A stretch of DNA of 64,000 nucleotides from positions 1-64,000 of the forward strand of contig JAQGDQ010000364.1 in the NCBI GenBank assembly GCA_030141605.1. Reading direction: 5' to 3'. The position numbers and the translations under genes are program-made. Positions within the stretch are counted from its first letter, which is position 1. Every line of letters begins with the position of its first letter. The stretch comes from Tubiluchus corallicola (taxonomy: Eukaryota; Animalia; Priapulida). Positions 26,207-40,980 of this stretch are shown here, piece by piece. Below the pieces are notes generated by a model. That model searched no databases, was not told the origin of the DNA, and saw nothing but the letters and a program-made list of their open reading frames with translations.

Positions 26207-26905
26207 TCTGTTTGTTTAGTTTAAACATAATTTATTTAGGATTGGATCAGACAGTTTGAACATCATGATTTAGGATCCTCACCACAACAAACTTTATACA
26301 CTATTTACAAGAACATTTACAGTAAGAATAGACTATAACTACACAAGCTGACAAGTTTTACTACAAGATTACATTAGACATTAGTAACATTTACAGTAAC
26401 AATAGAATATAACTACACAAGCTCAGATGTTTTACTACAAGAATACATTAGACATTAGCACCAAATGACAGTAAAAATATTAATGTACGAATAATTACAT
26501 CAGATAGAAACTATTGGAAGCGCTTAGTACGTAATATGAAGTCATGTCAACATTGAAATATTTTACAGTTAACAACATAAATAAATTCATTATTTCCAAA
26601 CAATAACAACTTCAACAGATCATTATTTCCTAAGGCAGCTATATTAAGGTTTTCGGTCAGAAGCATTTCATTTAATTTATCAAACATAACGACCCTAGTT
26701 AGTTGATACAATGGGCAGTGCAACAAAAAGTGTTCAACAGACTCAAATCGAAATCCACAGTTACAATTCGGCAATATTGGATGACCGTTATTATCTTTAC
26801 AGTCTTTAGAGAAACGGTCCTAGTTTTGCTGTGAAAATCCGATTCTCATGCGCGTATGATGCACTGATATTGGAGGTTTACCAAATGAAAAATGTTTCTT
26901 ACGCA
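26207..26905 (-). mobile_element. CR1-like LINE 3' end
   Basis: HTRMRIG...CNCG..ESVEHFLLHCPLY; tail aataaattatgtttaaactaaac; about 70-bp tandem duplication in its 3' UTR; a piece is duplicated at 27420-27562. Confidence 0.8.
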
Positions 26906-28689
26906 ACGAAAAACTTAAATGAGATGTGGTAGTTGGGTAATATGGAGAAATCTTACAATCCTGACCTTTCATTAATTTCGATTTGAGTTGGTATTGCGAT
27001 TTTAAGTATGGTTTGACAATAATTAAATATTTTATTAGTCCATGCCTTTGGAGGAAATGTCATTTGGAATAAACATGGCGCTAACAAAACGCTTTTTGGC
27101 TAAAGAAGAAAGCAGAAGATCTAATTGCAATAAGCCTTTTCACAGTTTCAGTGATTGATGATGATCGTGAGAAGATCAAAGGTGAAGGGTATCAGCCAAC
27201 GCATTTGTGTACACTTGACAACGCCTCCCAGCGCATGCTACTGTAATAGTAATTAAGAAAACGGACGTCTGCTAGTTATAGTACCTTACCTAGTTCATAT
27301 TCTCTTGTTCCCAAGCAAGATCCAGCACACACTAATGCATAATTAAGTACAGTCCATGTAAAACAATTGAAGTTACTGAAATTTGCGGCAGACGGCTTTG
27401 CTTTACCCACAAGTCTCATATCAGATAGAAAGCACTGGAAGCGTTTAGTACGAAATATAAAGTCATGTCAACATTGGAATATTTTACAGTTAACAACGTA
27501 ATTAAATTCATCTTTTCCAAACAATAACAACTTCAACAGATCATTAGTTCTTCAGGCAGCAGAATTGCATTCAGACCCATTTAGCCTTGCCTAGTTCTTG
27601 TTCCCAAGCAAAATCCTGCTAGTAAATCACTCTACGCACAGACTCATACATAATTGAGTAAAGTCCACGTAAAACAGTCAGAAGTTACTGAATTTAAGCT
27701 GCCGACGGCTTTGCTTTACCCACGTGACGGTTGTAGTTAAGACGCGTTGCTGTGGTACACTTAAACTTTGACCTACTGCAACTGCGCTTGCGCACAACGA
27801 AACTGTGAAAAAGTGTTATTATTGCAAAAATTTCTACAATTATTATAGCGACTTTACAGCCAGTTAGTCTTAAACGATGACAATAGAGGTCGCTTTGTGG
27901 AGCACTCATATTCCAAAAGATGTTCTTTAAAGTTTGCTGATAAAACACTAGATAAAATTCTTGCGAAGGCTAATTTGGCTTCGTTAACCTCTTAAAAAGG
28001 CACTCCATTCATTCACCACTACTCTTGCAATAATGTCTGCTGCAATTATATGGAGTGCTGGGTGACTTGTTTGGGACAGATTCTTGTACTACTAAGAAGC
28101 CCTTTAGGCCTTAAATATTATTACTCATTGCCACCGATCACGCGTCTGCTGTCAAGGCAACAGTCGCCATCATCAACACTATTGACTCGCCTGCCTACCA
28201 GCTTAAACAACGCCATTTTCATCCAACACTACTGATAATAGCAGAGTACGGTAAAATAATAAATGATAACATATATTTTATTTGTGGCACATGATTGATT
28301 TCGTAATAACAAAATTTATAACTACAATGGATAGTCCATTTTATAGTTTTATTAGTATGGATGTTTGATTGTGCTGAATTTGTTACCCGTGGATATGGTT
28401 TAAGACTCTTGGTGAAGCCAACTACTCGCCATCCAGCGAACGTTTTCGTAAATTTTGGTGAGAGATGAAATAGTTGACAACAATTCATTTTTGTAACCAC
28501 CAATCGAGGAAGATTGGGAGTTTTAAAAATTGTGATTTACTCTCTTCTACGCACTCCAGATTAAGGAGGCCTCACTTCATTTTACCATCAGGTTATATAA
28601 ACGCCATTGATCGATAATTACTTGTGGCGTGTTAAAAGCCCTACCAGTTCCTGTTGAGTTGGTTAGCGTTGAGCAAATGTGCAATTTCT

Positions 28690-30625
28690 AGGGAAGAAGG
28701 GTTGTAAACCTATGTGCAATTTTTACAGGAGAAGGGTGTAAACCTACGGGCAACTTTTGCGGGAGAGGGGTGGTAAACCTATGTGCAATTTTTACGGGAG
28801 ACGGGTGGTAAACCTTCGGGCAACTTTTACGGGAGAGGGGTATAAAAACCTATGTGCAATTTTTACGGGAGAACGGTTGTAAACCTACGGGCAACTTTTA
28901 CGGGAGAGGGGTGGTAAACTTATGTGCATTTTTTACGGGAGGGTTGTAAACCTATGCGCAATTTTTACGGGAGAAGGGTTGTAAACCTCTGTGCAATTTT
29001 TACGGGAGAAGAGTTGTAAACCTCTGTGCAATTTTTACGGGAGAGGGGTATAAAAACCTATGTGCAATTTTTACGGGAGAAGGGTTGTAAACCTATGTGC
29101 AATTTTTACAGGAGATGGGTATAAAAACCTACTTGCAATTTTTACGGGAGAAGGGTTGTAAACCTAGGTGCATTTTTACAGAAGAGGGGTGGTAAACCTA
29201 CGTGCATTTTTACAGAAGAGGGGTGGTAAACCTACGTGCATTTTTACAGAAGAGAGGTGGTAAACCTATGTGCAATTTTTTACAGGAGAAGGGTTGTAAA
29301 CCTCTGTGGAATTTTTACGGGAGAAGGGTTGTAAACCTACGTGTATTTTTACAGAAGAGGGGTTGTAAACCTACGTGTATTTTTACAGAAGAGGGGTGGT
29401 AAACCTACGTGCATTTTTACAGAAGAGAGGTGGTAAACCTATGTGCAATTTTTTACAGGAGAAGGGTTGTAAACCTCTGTGCAATTTTTACGGGAGAAGG
29501 GTTGTAAACCTATGTGCAATTTTTACGGGAGAAGGGTTGTAAACCTATGTGCAATTTTTACGGGAGAAGGGTTGTAAACCTATGTGCAATTTTTACGGGA
29601 GAAGGGTTGTAAACCTATGTGCAATTTTTACGGGAGAGGGGTATAAAAACCTATGTGCAATTTTTACGGGAGAAGGGTTGTAAACCTATGTGCAATTTTT
29701 ACGGGAGATGAGTATAAAAAACTACGTGCAATTTTTACGGGAGAGGGGTATAAAAACCTATGTGCAATTTTTACGGGAGATGGGTATAAAAACCTACGTG
29801 CAATTTTTACGGGAGAAGGGTTGTAAACCTACGTGCATTTTTACAGAAGAGGGGTGGTAAACCTACGTGCATTTTTACAGAAGAGGGGTGGTAAACCTAC
29901 GTGCAACTTTTACGGGAGAAGGGTTGTAAACCTCTGTGCAATTTTTACGGGAGAAGGGTTGTAAACCTACGTGTATTTTTACAGAAGAGGGGTGGTAAAC
30001 CTACGTGCATTTTTACAGAAGAGAGGTGGTAAACCTATGTGCAATTTTTTACAGGAGAAGTGTTGTAAACCTCTGTGCAATTTTTACGGGAGAAGGGTTG
30101 TAAACCTATGTGCAATTTTTACGGGAGAAGGGTTGTAAACCTATGTGCAATTTTTACGGGAGAAGGGTTGTAAACCTATGTGCAATTTTTACGGGAGAAG
30201 GGTTGTAAACCTATGTGCAATTTTTACGGGAGAAGGGTTGTAAACCTATGTGCAATTTTTACGGGAGAGGGGTATAAAAACCTATGTGCAATTTTTACGG
30301 GAGAAGGGTTGTAAACCTATGTGCAATTTTTACGGGAGATGGGTATAAAAACCTACGTGCAATTTTTACGGGAGAGGGGTATAAAAACCTATGTGCAATT
30401 TTTACGGGAGATGGGTATAAAAACCTACGTGCAATTTTTACGGGAGAAGGGTTGTAAACCTACGTGCATTTTTACAGAAGAGGGGTGGTAAACCTACGTG
30501 CATTTTTACAGAAGAGGGGTGGTAAACCTACGTGCAACTTTTACGGGAGAGGGGTGGTAAACATATGTACATTTTTTACGGGAGGGTTGTAAACCTATGT
30601 GCAATTTTTTACGGAAGAGGGGTGG
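28690..30625. repeat. 35-bp minisatellite, about 55 copies
   Basis: Unit gggagaagggttgtaaacctatgtgcaatttttac with recurring variants. Confidence 0.97.
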
Positions 30626-30873
30626 GGTTGTGAAATCAACATTTCGCTACCACAGCTTTCACTACCACAACAAAATAACTAAATGACTTGTTGACCAACT
30701 TACCACATGAACCAACAGATCAAGTGAATGACGTTATTTAAACCTGATTTGCTCTGCAGTTGAAGAATTCTGGAGAGCCTAAGAAGCAGCTAAGCACAAC
30801 AGTAAACACATCAAGTATCCTCATTTTCCCACAAGTTCAAGGATGGCCAGGGAAAAAATACAAGTAAAAAAAC

Positions 30874-30958
30874 CTTATTTCATCTCCGCTTCGTCCAATG
30901 GGTGCCGAGAGAACTGTCCACGTAAGAACACAATGATCCCATCCATGAGTTGCACGAA
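30874..30958 (-). CDS. MMP gene exon 4 (start of catalytic domain): (L)RATHGWDHCVLTWTVLSAPIGRSGDEI(R)
   Basis: catttttgtag acceptor; WxxxxLTW motif that opens MMP catalytic domains; phase 1 to 2; weak donor AG/GTTTTT. Confidence 0.85.
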
Positions 30959-31794
30959 CTACAAAAATGCGCAAAAAATATTCAAGTGCAAAACGGTTGC
31001 AACTCATTGATTTCTGTGTAGCATAGGATGTAGGTGCTATATTACTTAGCATTTCGCTTACCTGTTGGAAAGACATAGAAATGTAAAAAGAAATAATAAT
31101 TTAAAATGTTAGTGTCAATTACTAAAATATCGCTAACTCACCGTCCAGGCACGCCACTCACTAACCAAAAAACATACTTTTAATCTTATTGACAAGTTAT
31201 TTAAAATTTCACTTTCTTAGTTGTCATCGCGAGGGTTTAAATTCACAAGTTTTATACAGTGTTACTACCGGCGCAAACCCTGCATGCAAAAAGGCGGCAT
31301 ATAAGTGGTAAAAAATTGTGGTAAAAAAAAGTGGCAATATGCCACCCATTCACTAAGCAGACGTTGTGTTGCTTAAGCTCACGGTCAACCACAAAGAGAG
31401 ACCACTCAGCTGCTTCTTTCGCCTCAGGGGCAGGTGATTAGTCGAAGTTAATCGCAGGTAAGTAATCTGGTGGTGCTTTATTATTTTCCCGAAATCGGTC
31501 AGTTGGCAAGGGCCGATGTTTTTTATGTTTGCTTTAAAATTGATTAGAGTCAAACACGTTCTGCGTTTAAATTTTGCAAACCAGCTCGCTGTTTCAAGGT
31601 AATTCATTGAACGGAAAACATAAAGCACCTGAAGACATTTACGTCCCACTAGGTTATTTATTTTTATTTCAGGAAGTGAGAAACATTTTTGTTTGCATTT
31701 TTTGAAATATATTGATTACAAAAATAAACCATTTTTAAGGCAAAAAACTCACTTATTGTTGTTGTCGTTGTCATAGATGTAGTAGCAGCGCTGT

Positions 31795-34190
<2,396 letters not shown>

Positions 34191-34428
34191 AATTACCAAA
34201 TTAAAGTAACTTGGGCTCTATTATTTAACCATCCAGTAAGTCAATTTTTAAATTGTCACTCTAAAATTAAAAGTACATAACTCGTACAAATAAAAGAAAA
34301 AGATTAATAACCCATTTGTTTTAATTACTTAGACGTAATTTCTACAGTTGATAATCGTCTAATCATCGTAACTGCCACTTACAGATTACTACTCATTTCC
34401 CGTTTTTGTTCCACAATTTCTTACTTAC

Positions 34429-34559
34429 GTCTTGGTCTGAATGGCGGATAAAAGGGAAGGTCTTGAATCGCCTCCGGCACATCAAGAGTTGCTGATGTTG
34501 GCAAAACAATGCTCACGGATGAGAGACTTTCCGCTGCTTGACTTTCACTTTTACGCGTG
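34429..34559 (-). CDS. MMP gene exon 3: TRKSESQAAESLSSVSIVLPTSATLDVPEAIQDLPFYPPFRPR
   Basis: gtttttatag acceptor, GTAAGT donor, 131 nt open frame, phase 2 to 1, compatible with both neighbouring exons. Confidence 0.75.
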
Positions 34560-34827
34560 CTATAAAAACCCAAAAAACAATTTATAAGCACATTGGGTGA
34601 AACTGGGTTACATTGTGTTATCAGCGGGATTTATTATTTGTAAGCATTAAGCATACAATGCAGAATTTTTGATCAATTGTGAAGCTATTGTGCTGTCAAA
34701 TTAAGCTGTCAGACGTACAATAAGTCAACAATTGTGCGTTATTATGGTTTATTTTACTTTTTATGACCAAACTTATATCTAGTTTGTGCAGATAAATGGC
34801 ATACAATAGTTAGCTTGGCCGAAACGC

Positions 34828-35490
34828 AGGTAGATAGGTAGGTTGGTAGATAGATGAATAGGTACCTTAGATAGCTAGGTAGCTAGGTAGTAGGTAGGCT
34901 GGTAGGTATATAGGTAGATAGTTAGGTAGGCAGATAGGCAGATAGGCAGTTAGGGTGGTAGGTAGGTAGACAGGTAAGGAGGGAGGGAATGAAGTAAGTA
35001 GGTAGGTAGATAGGTAGGTAGGTAGGTTGGTTGGTTGATTGGTTGGCGGGTAGATAAGTAGGCAGGTAGGTAAGTAAGTAGGTAGGCAAGTAACAGGTAG
35101 ATAGACAGGCAGGCAGGTAGGTAGGTAAGTAGGTAGGTAGGTAGACAGGCAGGCAGCTAGGGAGGTAGGTAAGTAAATATGTAGGTAGGTAGGTAGATAG
35201 TTAGGTATATAGGTAGGCAAGTAAATAGGTAAGCAAGGAGGGAGTGAAGTAAGAAGGTAAGTAGGTAGGTAGGTAGGTAGGTAAGTAGCTTGTTAGGTAG
35301 GTAGATAGGTAGGTAGGTATGTAAGTAATTAGGCAGGTAGATAGAGAGGCAGATAGGTTTATCACAAAATGGTTAGGAATGTATGCAGGCAGATAGGAGG
35401 ACAGACAAGTAGATGGGTTGATTGATAAGTAGATAGACCTGTAAGTAAATAAAAAATCAGAGAAGTATGCTTGTAGGTAGGTAGTACATA
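34828..35490. repeat. Degenerate (AGGT)n microsatellite
   Basis: Direct inspection. Confidence 0.9.
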
Positions 35491-36319
35491 CCATTAGACA
35501 GTAAGTAGTCAAAAAGTCGGCGCAAGTAAAAAAAGATGGGTAGGCAGTTAGCTCAACAGGTAGCCAAGCAAGAAAGTAAACAGATTTAAGTATATGGAAT
35601 GTTTGCATATCACAGTGCATAGCAGTAATCAATGATGTATTAATTACCTAATAACACTGTGGATTATTATTGTTAACGTCTGTTGAGCAAATATTTGCTT
35701 TCGTTACATCCACAAATTGCTCGCTTTGCGGAGCACTACTTTCAATCAGTAAATAGTTCTTGTTTGGTATTGATTACATGTCACAGGTGTCATGGCTAAC
35801 AACACACACGGCTCTAGTTTGCACAGGAAATGTTTTAATTTCTCTCTGTTAAACACTTGACCCTTAAATAGTTTTAAGAGGTGTAAAAATTGTGGTGATT
35901 CATTACTGTGCCTCACCTACAGAAACAAAGATTCGTTTTGAGATACACTATAGGAGAATTATTGCTGAATTCAATAAACAGTAAATTTGAAAATATCCAT
36001 TTTGCATGCAATTCAATTTTAAAGTTTTATTGCGGTAGCTAAGACTACATAAAATACAAAACTAAAATGAAATCAAATAGAAATGAATTTAAAACTTCGT
36101 CAGTTATTTCAACTTCATCCTGAATTATGAACTTCGACTTGTTTTTGTCTTTGTAATTGTAAACGTTTTTTATGAACAGTCGGGGTGCCAAAATATTTGT
36201 CCAAATAATTTTTCAAACACTTTGTCGTTCTAGTCTACAGTCTGTGCTGTATATTTACTTCTAACTGTCTTAGTTGCGCCATTTTTGTGTGGAAATCTTC
36301 AAAGTAGCGTCAGATGAAA

Positions 36320-37410
36320 AGGTCACCGATAATAAAGTCACAAAAAGTCACAATTTTGGCTAAAAAAGAAAGTTGGGTAATTAAACAAAAATATTCAAAT
36401 CAGTCAGAATTTTTTTTATTAAACAACATAAATAATTAAAATGATAAGACAGAAAATTTTAAAATAACTACTAACTGGCAATAGATGACTTGTACATTAT
36501 TGACAAAACTGTTTACATGTTATTAATATCAAAAAAGTCACATTTTTTTAATATCTTAGGGTAGAGTTAGGGTTAGAGGTTCTTTCTTCCTCTGACATTT
36601 TTCCTGAGACATTTTTACCAGTGATTTTTTTAACTGTGATTTTTTACCTCTGACTTTTTTAGCTACGACTTTTTTAGCTGTTACTTTTTTACCTGCGACT
36701 TTTTTACCTGAGTTTTTTACCTGTGACTTTTTGCCTCTGACTTTTTTACCTGTGAGTTTTTTTACCTGTAACTTTTTCATCTGCAACTTTTTTCCTGTGA
36801 CTTTTTACCTCTGACTTTTTTAACTGCAACTTTGTTACCTGGCACTTTTTTACTTGTGACTTTTTTACATGAAACTTTTTTACCTGTGACTTTTTGCCTC
36901 CTACTTTTTTACCTGTGAGTTTTTTTACCTGTAACTTTTTTATCTGCAACTTTTTACCTGTGACTTTTTTCCCTCTGACTTTTTTTACCTCTGACTTTTT
37001 CACCTGTGACTTTTTTACCTGTGACTTTTTTACCTGTGTCTTTTTTCCCTCTGACTTTTTTTACCTACGACTTTTTTGCCTCTGGCTTTTTTACCAGATA
37101 TTATTTTACCTGTGACTTTTTACCTGTGATTTTTTACCTGTAACTTTTTCATCTGCGACTTTTTTACCTGTGAACTTTTATACTAGCAACTATTTTAGTT
37201 GTGACTATTTTACCTGTTACTATTTTGCCCGTGACTATTTTACATGTGACTATTTTAACTGTGACTTTATTAACTGTGACTATATTACCAGTGACATTTA
37301 CCTGTGACTATTTTACCTGAGACTATTTTAACTGTGACATTTTACCTGTGACATTTTTCCTGTGACTTTTTACCAGTGACTATTTTACCTATGACTTTAT
37401 TACCTGGATT
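36320..37410. repeat. Element with about 15-bp tandem array (acctgtgactttttt) preceded by TTAGGG-like motifs
   Basis: Array 36590-37405; inverted partial units aataaagtcacaaaaagtcac at 36331; ttagggtagagttagggttag at 36557. Confidence 0.8.
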
Positions 37411-38294
37411 CGACAAAGACAGACTGATCCCGAGCGTGTTAGCGTGAACGTTTGTTTGCAAGCCCAAGTCAAGGAGATTCTTGAAGCGTTGAACAAGCGG
37501 GGATGCGTGTTCGGGGAGGATTAACGTGTAGATTGGAGAGATCATAACAGAAAGAGGCGGCAAGGGCAACTAGTTTAACATGGGTAAAGATTAGCTGTGG
37601 GCTCGATAGTTTCACACCCAGTTATGCTTACAAATTTACGACCTCTGCAGCCGGTTTAAGATTGAAAATCTCCTCAAAAAAATAAATGAGAAATGATTCA
37701 TTCCGATTGATTTTGATAATAATTTTGTTTTCAGACTCTACCTAATTCAAAGTGTACAGAATTGTAAATAGCGTTAGTGTAAAAATTAAAATTTACATCG
37801 AAATCGAATTTTAAATTTAAAAATCGAAATCGAATTTTAAATTTAAATTCGATGTAAATTGAATTCGTTGCCTTTAGGCAATGAAAAGCAAATTTTATTT
37901 AAAGAGAAAGAAACGGGAATTTTAAAGTACAGCCCAAAAAAACTTTTTATACAAAATTATATTACTTTGCATTACCTGTTTGAAAGGCTTATGTAATTGA
38001 AAAAGAAAATTATTGATAATTTAAAACGTTCGCGCCACCTGGTGAAACACCACTACATCGCCAGCCCAGTGAGCACCACTGATTCACGAAAAAATACATA
38101 TATTATTGACAAGATAAAGTAATTTACGCTTTTGCTTAGTTAGTTAGTGAAGTGTGTGTTAAGAATGCTCTGATTATTTTTTCGAACTTTACGCAATGTT
38201 ATCGTAACTTATTCCAAACGACTCACCCTCAAAATGGCAGCGATCATCACTCGAGTTTGAATTTCAAGTTTTATACAGCGTTACTGCTAACGCC

Positions 38295-38607
38295 AGACTT
38301 TTTTACCTGCGACTTTTTTACCTTCGACTTTTTTACCTGTCACTTTTTTACCTGCAACTTTTCACCTGTCACTTTTTTACCTGTCACTTTTTTAACTGTC
38401 ACTTTTTTACCTGTCACTTTTTTACCTGCGCCTTTTTACCTGTCACTTTTTTACCTACGACTTTTTTACCTGTCACTTTTTTACCTATCACTTTTTTACC
38501 TGTGACTTTTTACCTGTGACTTTTTTACCTACGACTTTTTAACCTTGACTTTACCTGTAACTTTTTCACCTGCGACTTTTTTACCTCTGACTTTTTTACC
38601 TGTGACC
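38295..38607. repeat. Second about 15-bp tandem array (acctgtcactttttt)
   Basis: Same unit family as 36590-37405. Confidence 0.9.
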
Positions 38608-39305
38608 TGTGTCTGCATACAACAAGACAGCACGTAAGTGGTGTAAAATTTCAACACAAATTTCATTACTTTCTAAGCTTTAAAGAGTGTTTTCTTGTGC
38701 TTTAAGGTTATTGGTGTTAGTTCAAAAACAAACGCTTTGAAACAAACATTTGAAACAAGCAAACGTTCAAATCACATTATAAGCGTTCATCTTGCTATAA
38801 GTGACTAAATGAACAACTTAATGAATAAGTGAATGAATGAAATAGCAAACGACTGAATGACTGGAGGAAGATATACTAACAAAACGTGAATATATGAAGA
38901 AGCCACCAATCTAGCAAAGAAAGGTGAGAAAAATGCATGAAAAATTGAACTTGTGGGCAAATAATAAACAAAGAAGTCGTAAACAAATTAAGCAAACAAA
39001 TAAATCTAAACAAATTAAGCAAACAAATGATTAATCAACCGACCGACACACCGACTGACCGACCAATCGACTGACAGACCGACTAGCCAACCAACCAACC
39101 GACTGACAGTTTAACTGACTGACAAACCAATATCAAAAATTTTGTATATTTCTTTAAAGCTAAATAAAACTTAATTGGTGAAAAAAACTAACAGTCACGC
39201 ATACAGACTATTGGATATCCGATTGGTTAGCTAGCTGGTTGGCTAAATGACCATCTGTCTGATTTACTGCTCACGTTTCTGAACTTTTTGGTCGCATGAA
39301 CGACT

Positions 39306-40862
39306 TATATATATATATATTAATTCTTTATTTGTCATAAAAACGGTTCCCTCATTATAATAAAATTGAGTTAGCCTCAGCGTAATGTTAAAATAACAAC
39401 ACTGTTCAAGACAAATGCGTCCAGTGCATACTAAAAAACTAAAGTGCTAAACTAAAAACTATATACAATATAATGAACATATTTACAAATACCATATTAA
39501 AATATTTTCACAAACAATTATAGGAAAGTACATTAAATTTTACATTACATAGTGCACACTATTTATACATTTAACATTACGAAACACGAAACTAACATAA
39601 CACGTATTACATTACATAATTTTTTTTAAAAAATTTCATTTTTAATCATTATATGGAGTCAGGGGCGGGGGTATATGAAAGTGGAGTCCGTGTAATTAGT
39701 ATCAGATGCACAATGTGGAAGTTGAAACCTGTTATATTGATATTGTTTTAATTTCTTTTTAAAGTGGTGGAGAGATTCTATTTGTTTTATTTCACTGGGT
39801 AGTAAGTTCCATAAATGTATGGCTTGTTTTGATATAGAGTTATTTCCAAATTTATTGTTTACTGTAATTTGCTTTAAATTGTATGTTCTAGTGTTCAATG
39901 TGGTATCAGGAATAAATGCTAAGGGATTGTTTATAAATGGAATGCTCAGTTTATTTATATATTTATAAAGAAATATCAGTGTTTTGTAATCTCGATAGGC
40001 TTCTAATATTGGTATTTTTGTGGACGTTCTTAAGCTTGTTGCAGAAGCAGCATGTTGTTTAGCAGTTTTGTTAGAGTAGCCATGAATTAATCTAAGTGCG
40101 TAGTTTTGCATCGTATTTAGTTTTCTAAAGTTTTCATATTTAACGTTTTGAAATAAAGTGCAACCATATAGATAATGTGGTAATATTAGACTTTTGTAGA
40201 TGAGAATTTTTGTTTTCTTGGTTAGATGGCCTCTGGTTTGGCGTAAGAATGTCGTGCTTAATGCCATCTTGTTGTGTATTTGATGAAACTGTTCATCCCA
40301 AGTGAGTTTATTGTCGACAGTAATGCCTAAAAATTTTACAGTTTTTGCTTGTTCTATGGAACAGTCACCTACTTTTAGTGTTGCATTAGAAGTAATGTCA
40401 TTGGATTTGGGTGATATTACCATAAATTCTGTCTTATCATCATTCATTTTTAAACCAAAATAGTTAAATGCTGCATTTATATTTGTTATGTCTTTTTCTA
40501 GATTATTTTTTGATGTTAGAAAGTCTGCGTGTGCTGTATAGAGTGTTGTATCATCGGCATATTGTGTTAAGTCTGAATTATGTAAAACTAAATGAATTTT
40601 ATTAACGTATAAACAAAAGAGTAATGGACCTAATATCGTACCTTGTGGGATGCCTCTCTGTGGTGTGTCCCATGTTGAAAAAGTGTGTTTGTTCAGTTTG
40701 ACTCTTTGTTTTCTATTGTGTAGGTAATTATTAATTAGTTTGAGAGAAGTATAATCGAATCCTAGTTGGCGTAAGTTGTCTAGTAGTAAATTGTGATCGA
40801 GGCTGTCAAAAGCTTTACTTAGATCTAAAAATGCTGCTGTTATATATTTATGTTTATAAATA
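39306..40862 (-). mobile_element. 5'-truncated CR1/L2-group LINE with uninterrupted RT ORF (about 400 codons)
   Basis: FLDLSKAFDSLDH, GIPQGTILGPLLF, QYADDTT, KFLGITVD in one open frame to the stop at 39659; AATAAA and (TA)n tail. Confidence 0.92.
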
Positions 40863-40873
40863 TAAACACTTAC

Positions 40874-40980
40874 GTGTTTAGCGTATGGATGTCGTTATTC
40901 CGGTAGAGGGTAGCATCATCGTTCTCATCGTCATCAACGTTCAACTCTTTGATATGCCGCCAACGTCCGCAATGGTGACC
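40874..40980 (-). CDS. MMP gene exon 2: GHHCGRWRHIKELNVDDDENDDATLYRNNDIHTLN(T)
   Basis: atattttcag acceptor, GTAAGT donor, 107 nt open frame, phase 0 to 2. Confidence 0.75.

Noticed and set aside
28690-30625. CRISPR-like appearance of 35-bp repeats (also the 21-bp and 60-bp arrays)
   Set aside because: Units are contiguous with no unique spacers, no cas genes, and the context is eukaryotic
36557-36580. Interstitial telomere
   Set aside because: Only about four imperfect TTAGGG units embedded in a repeat element
37406-37569. GC-richer stretch as a possible extra MMP exon
   Set aside because: In the required phase-2 frame it hits a stop after 8 codons, and its apparent donor is part of the tandem array
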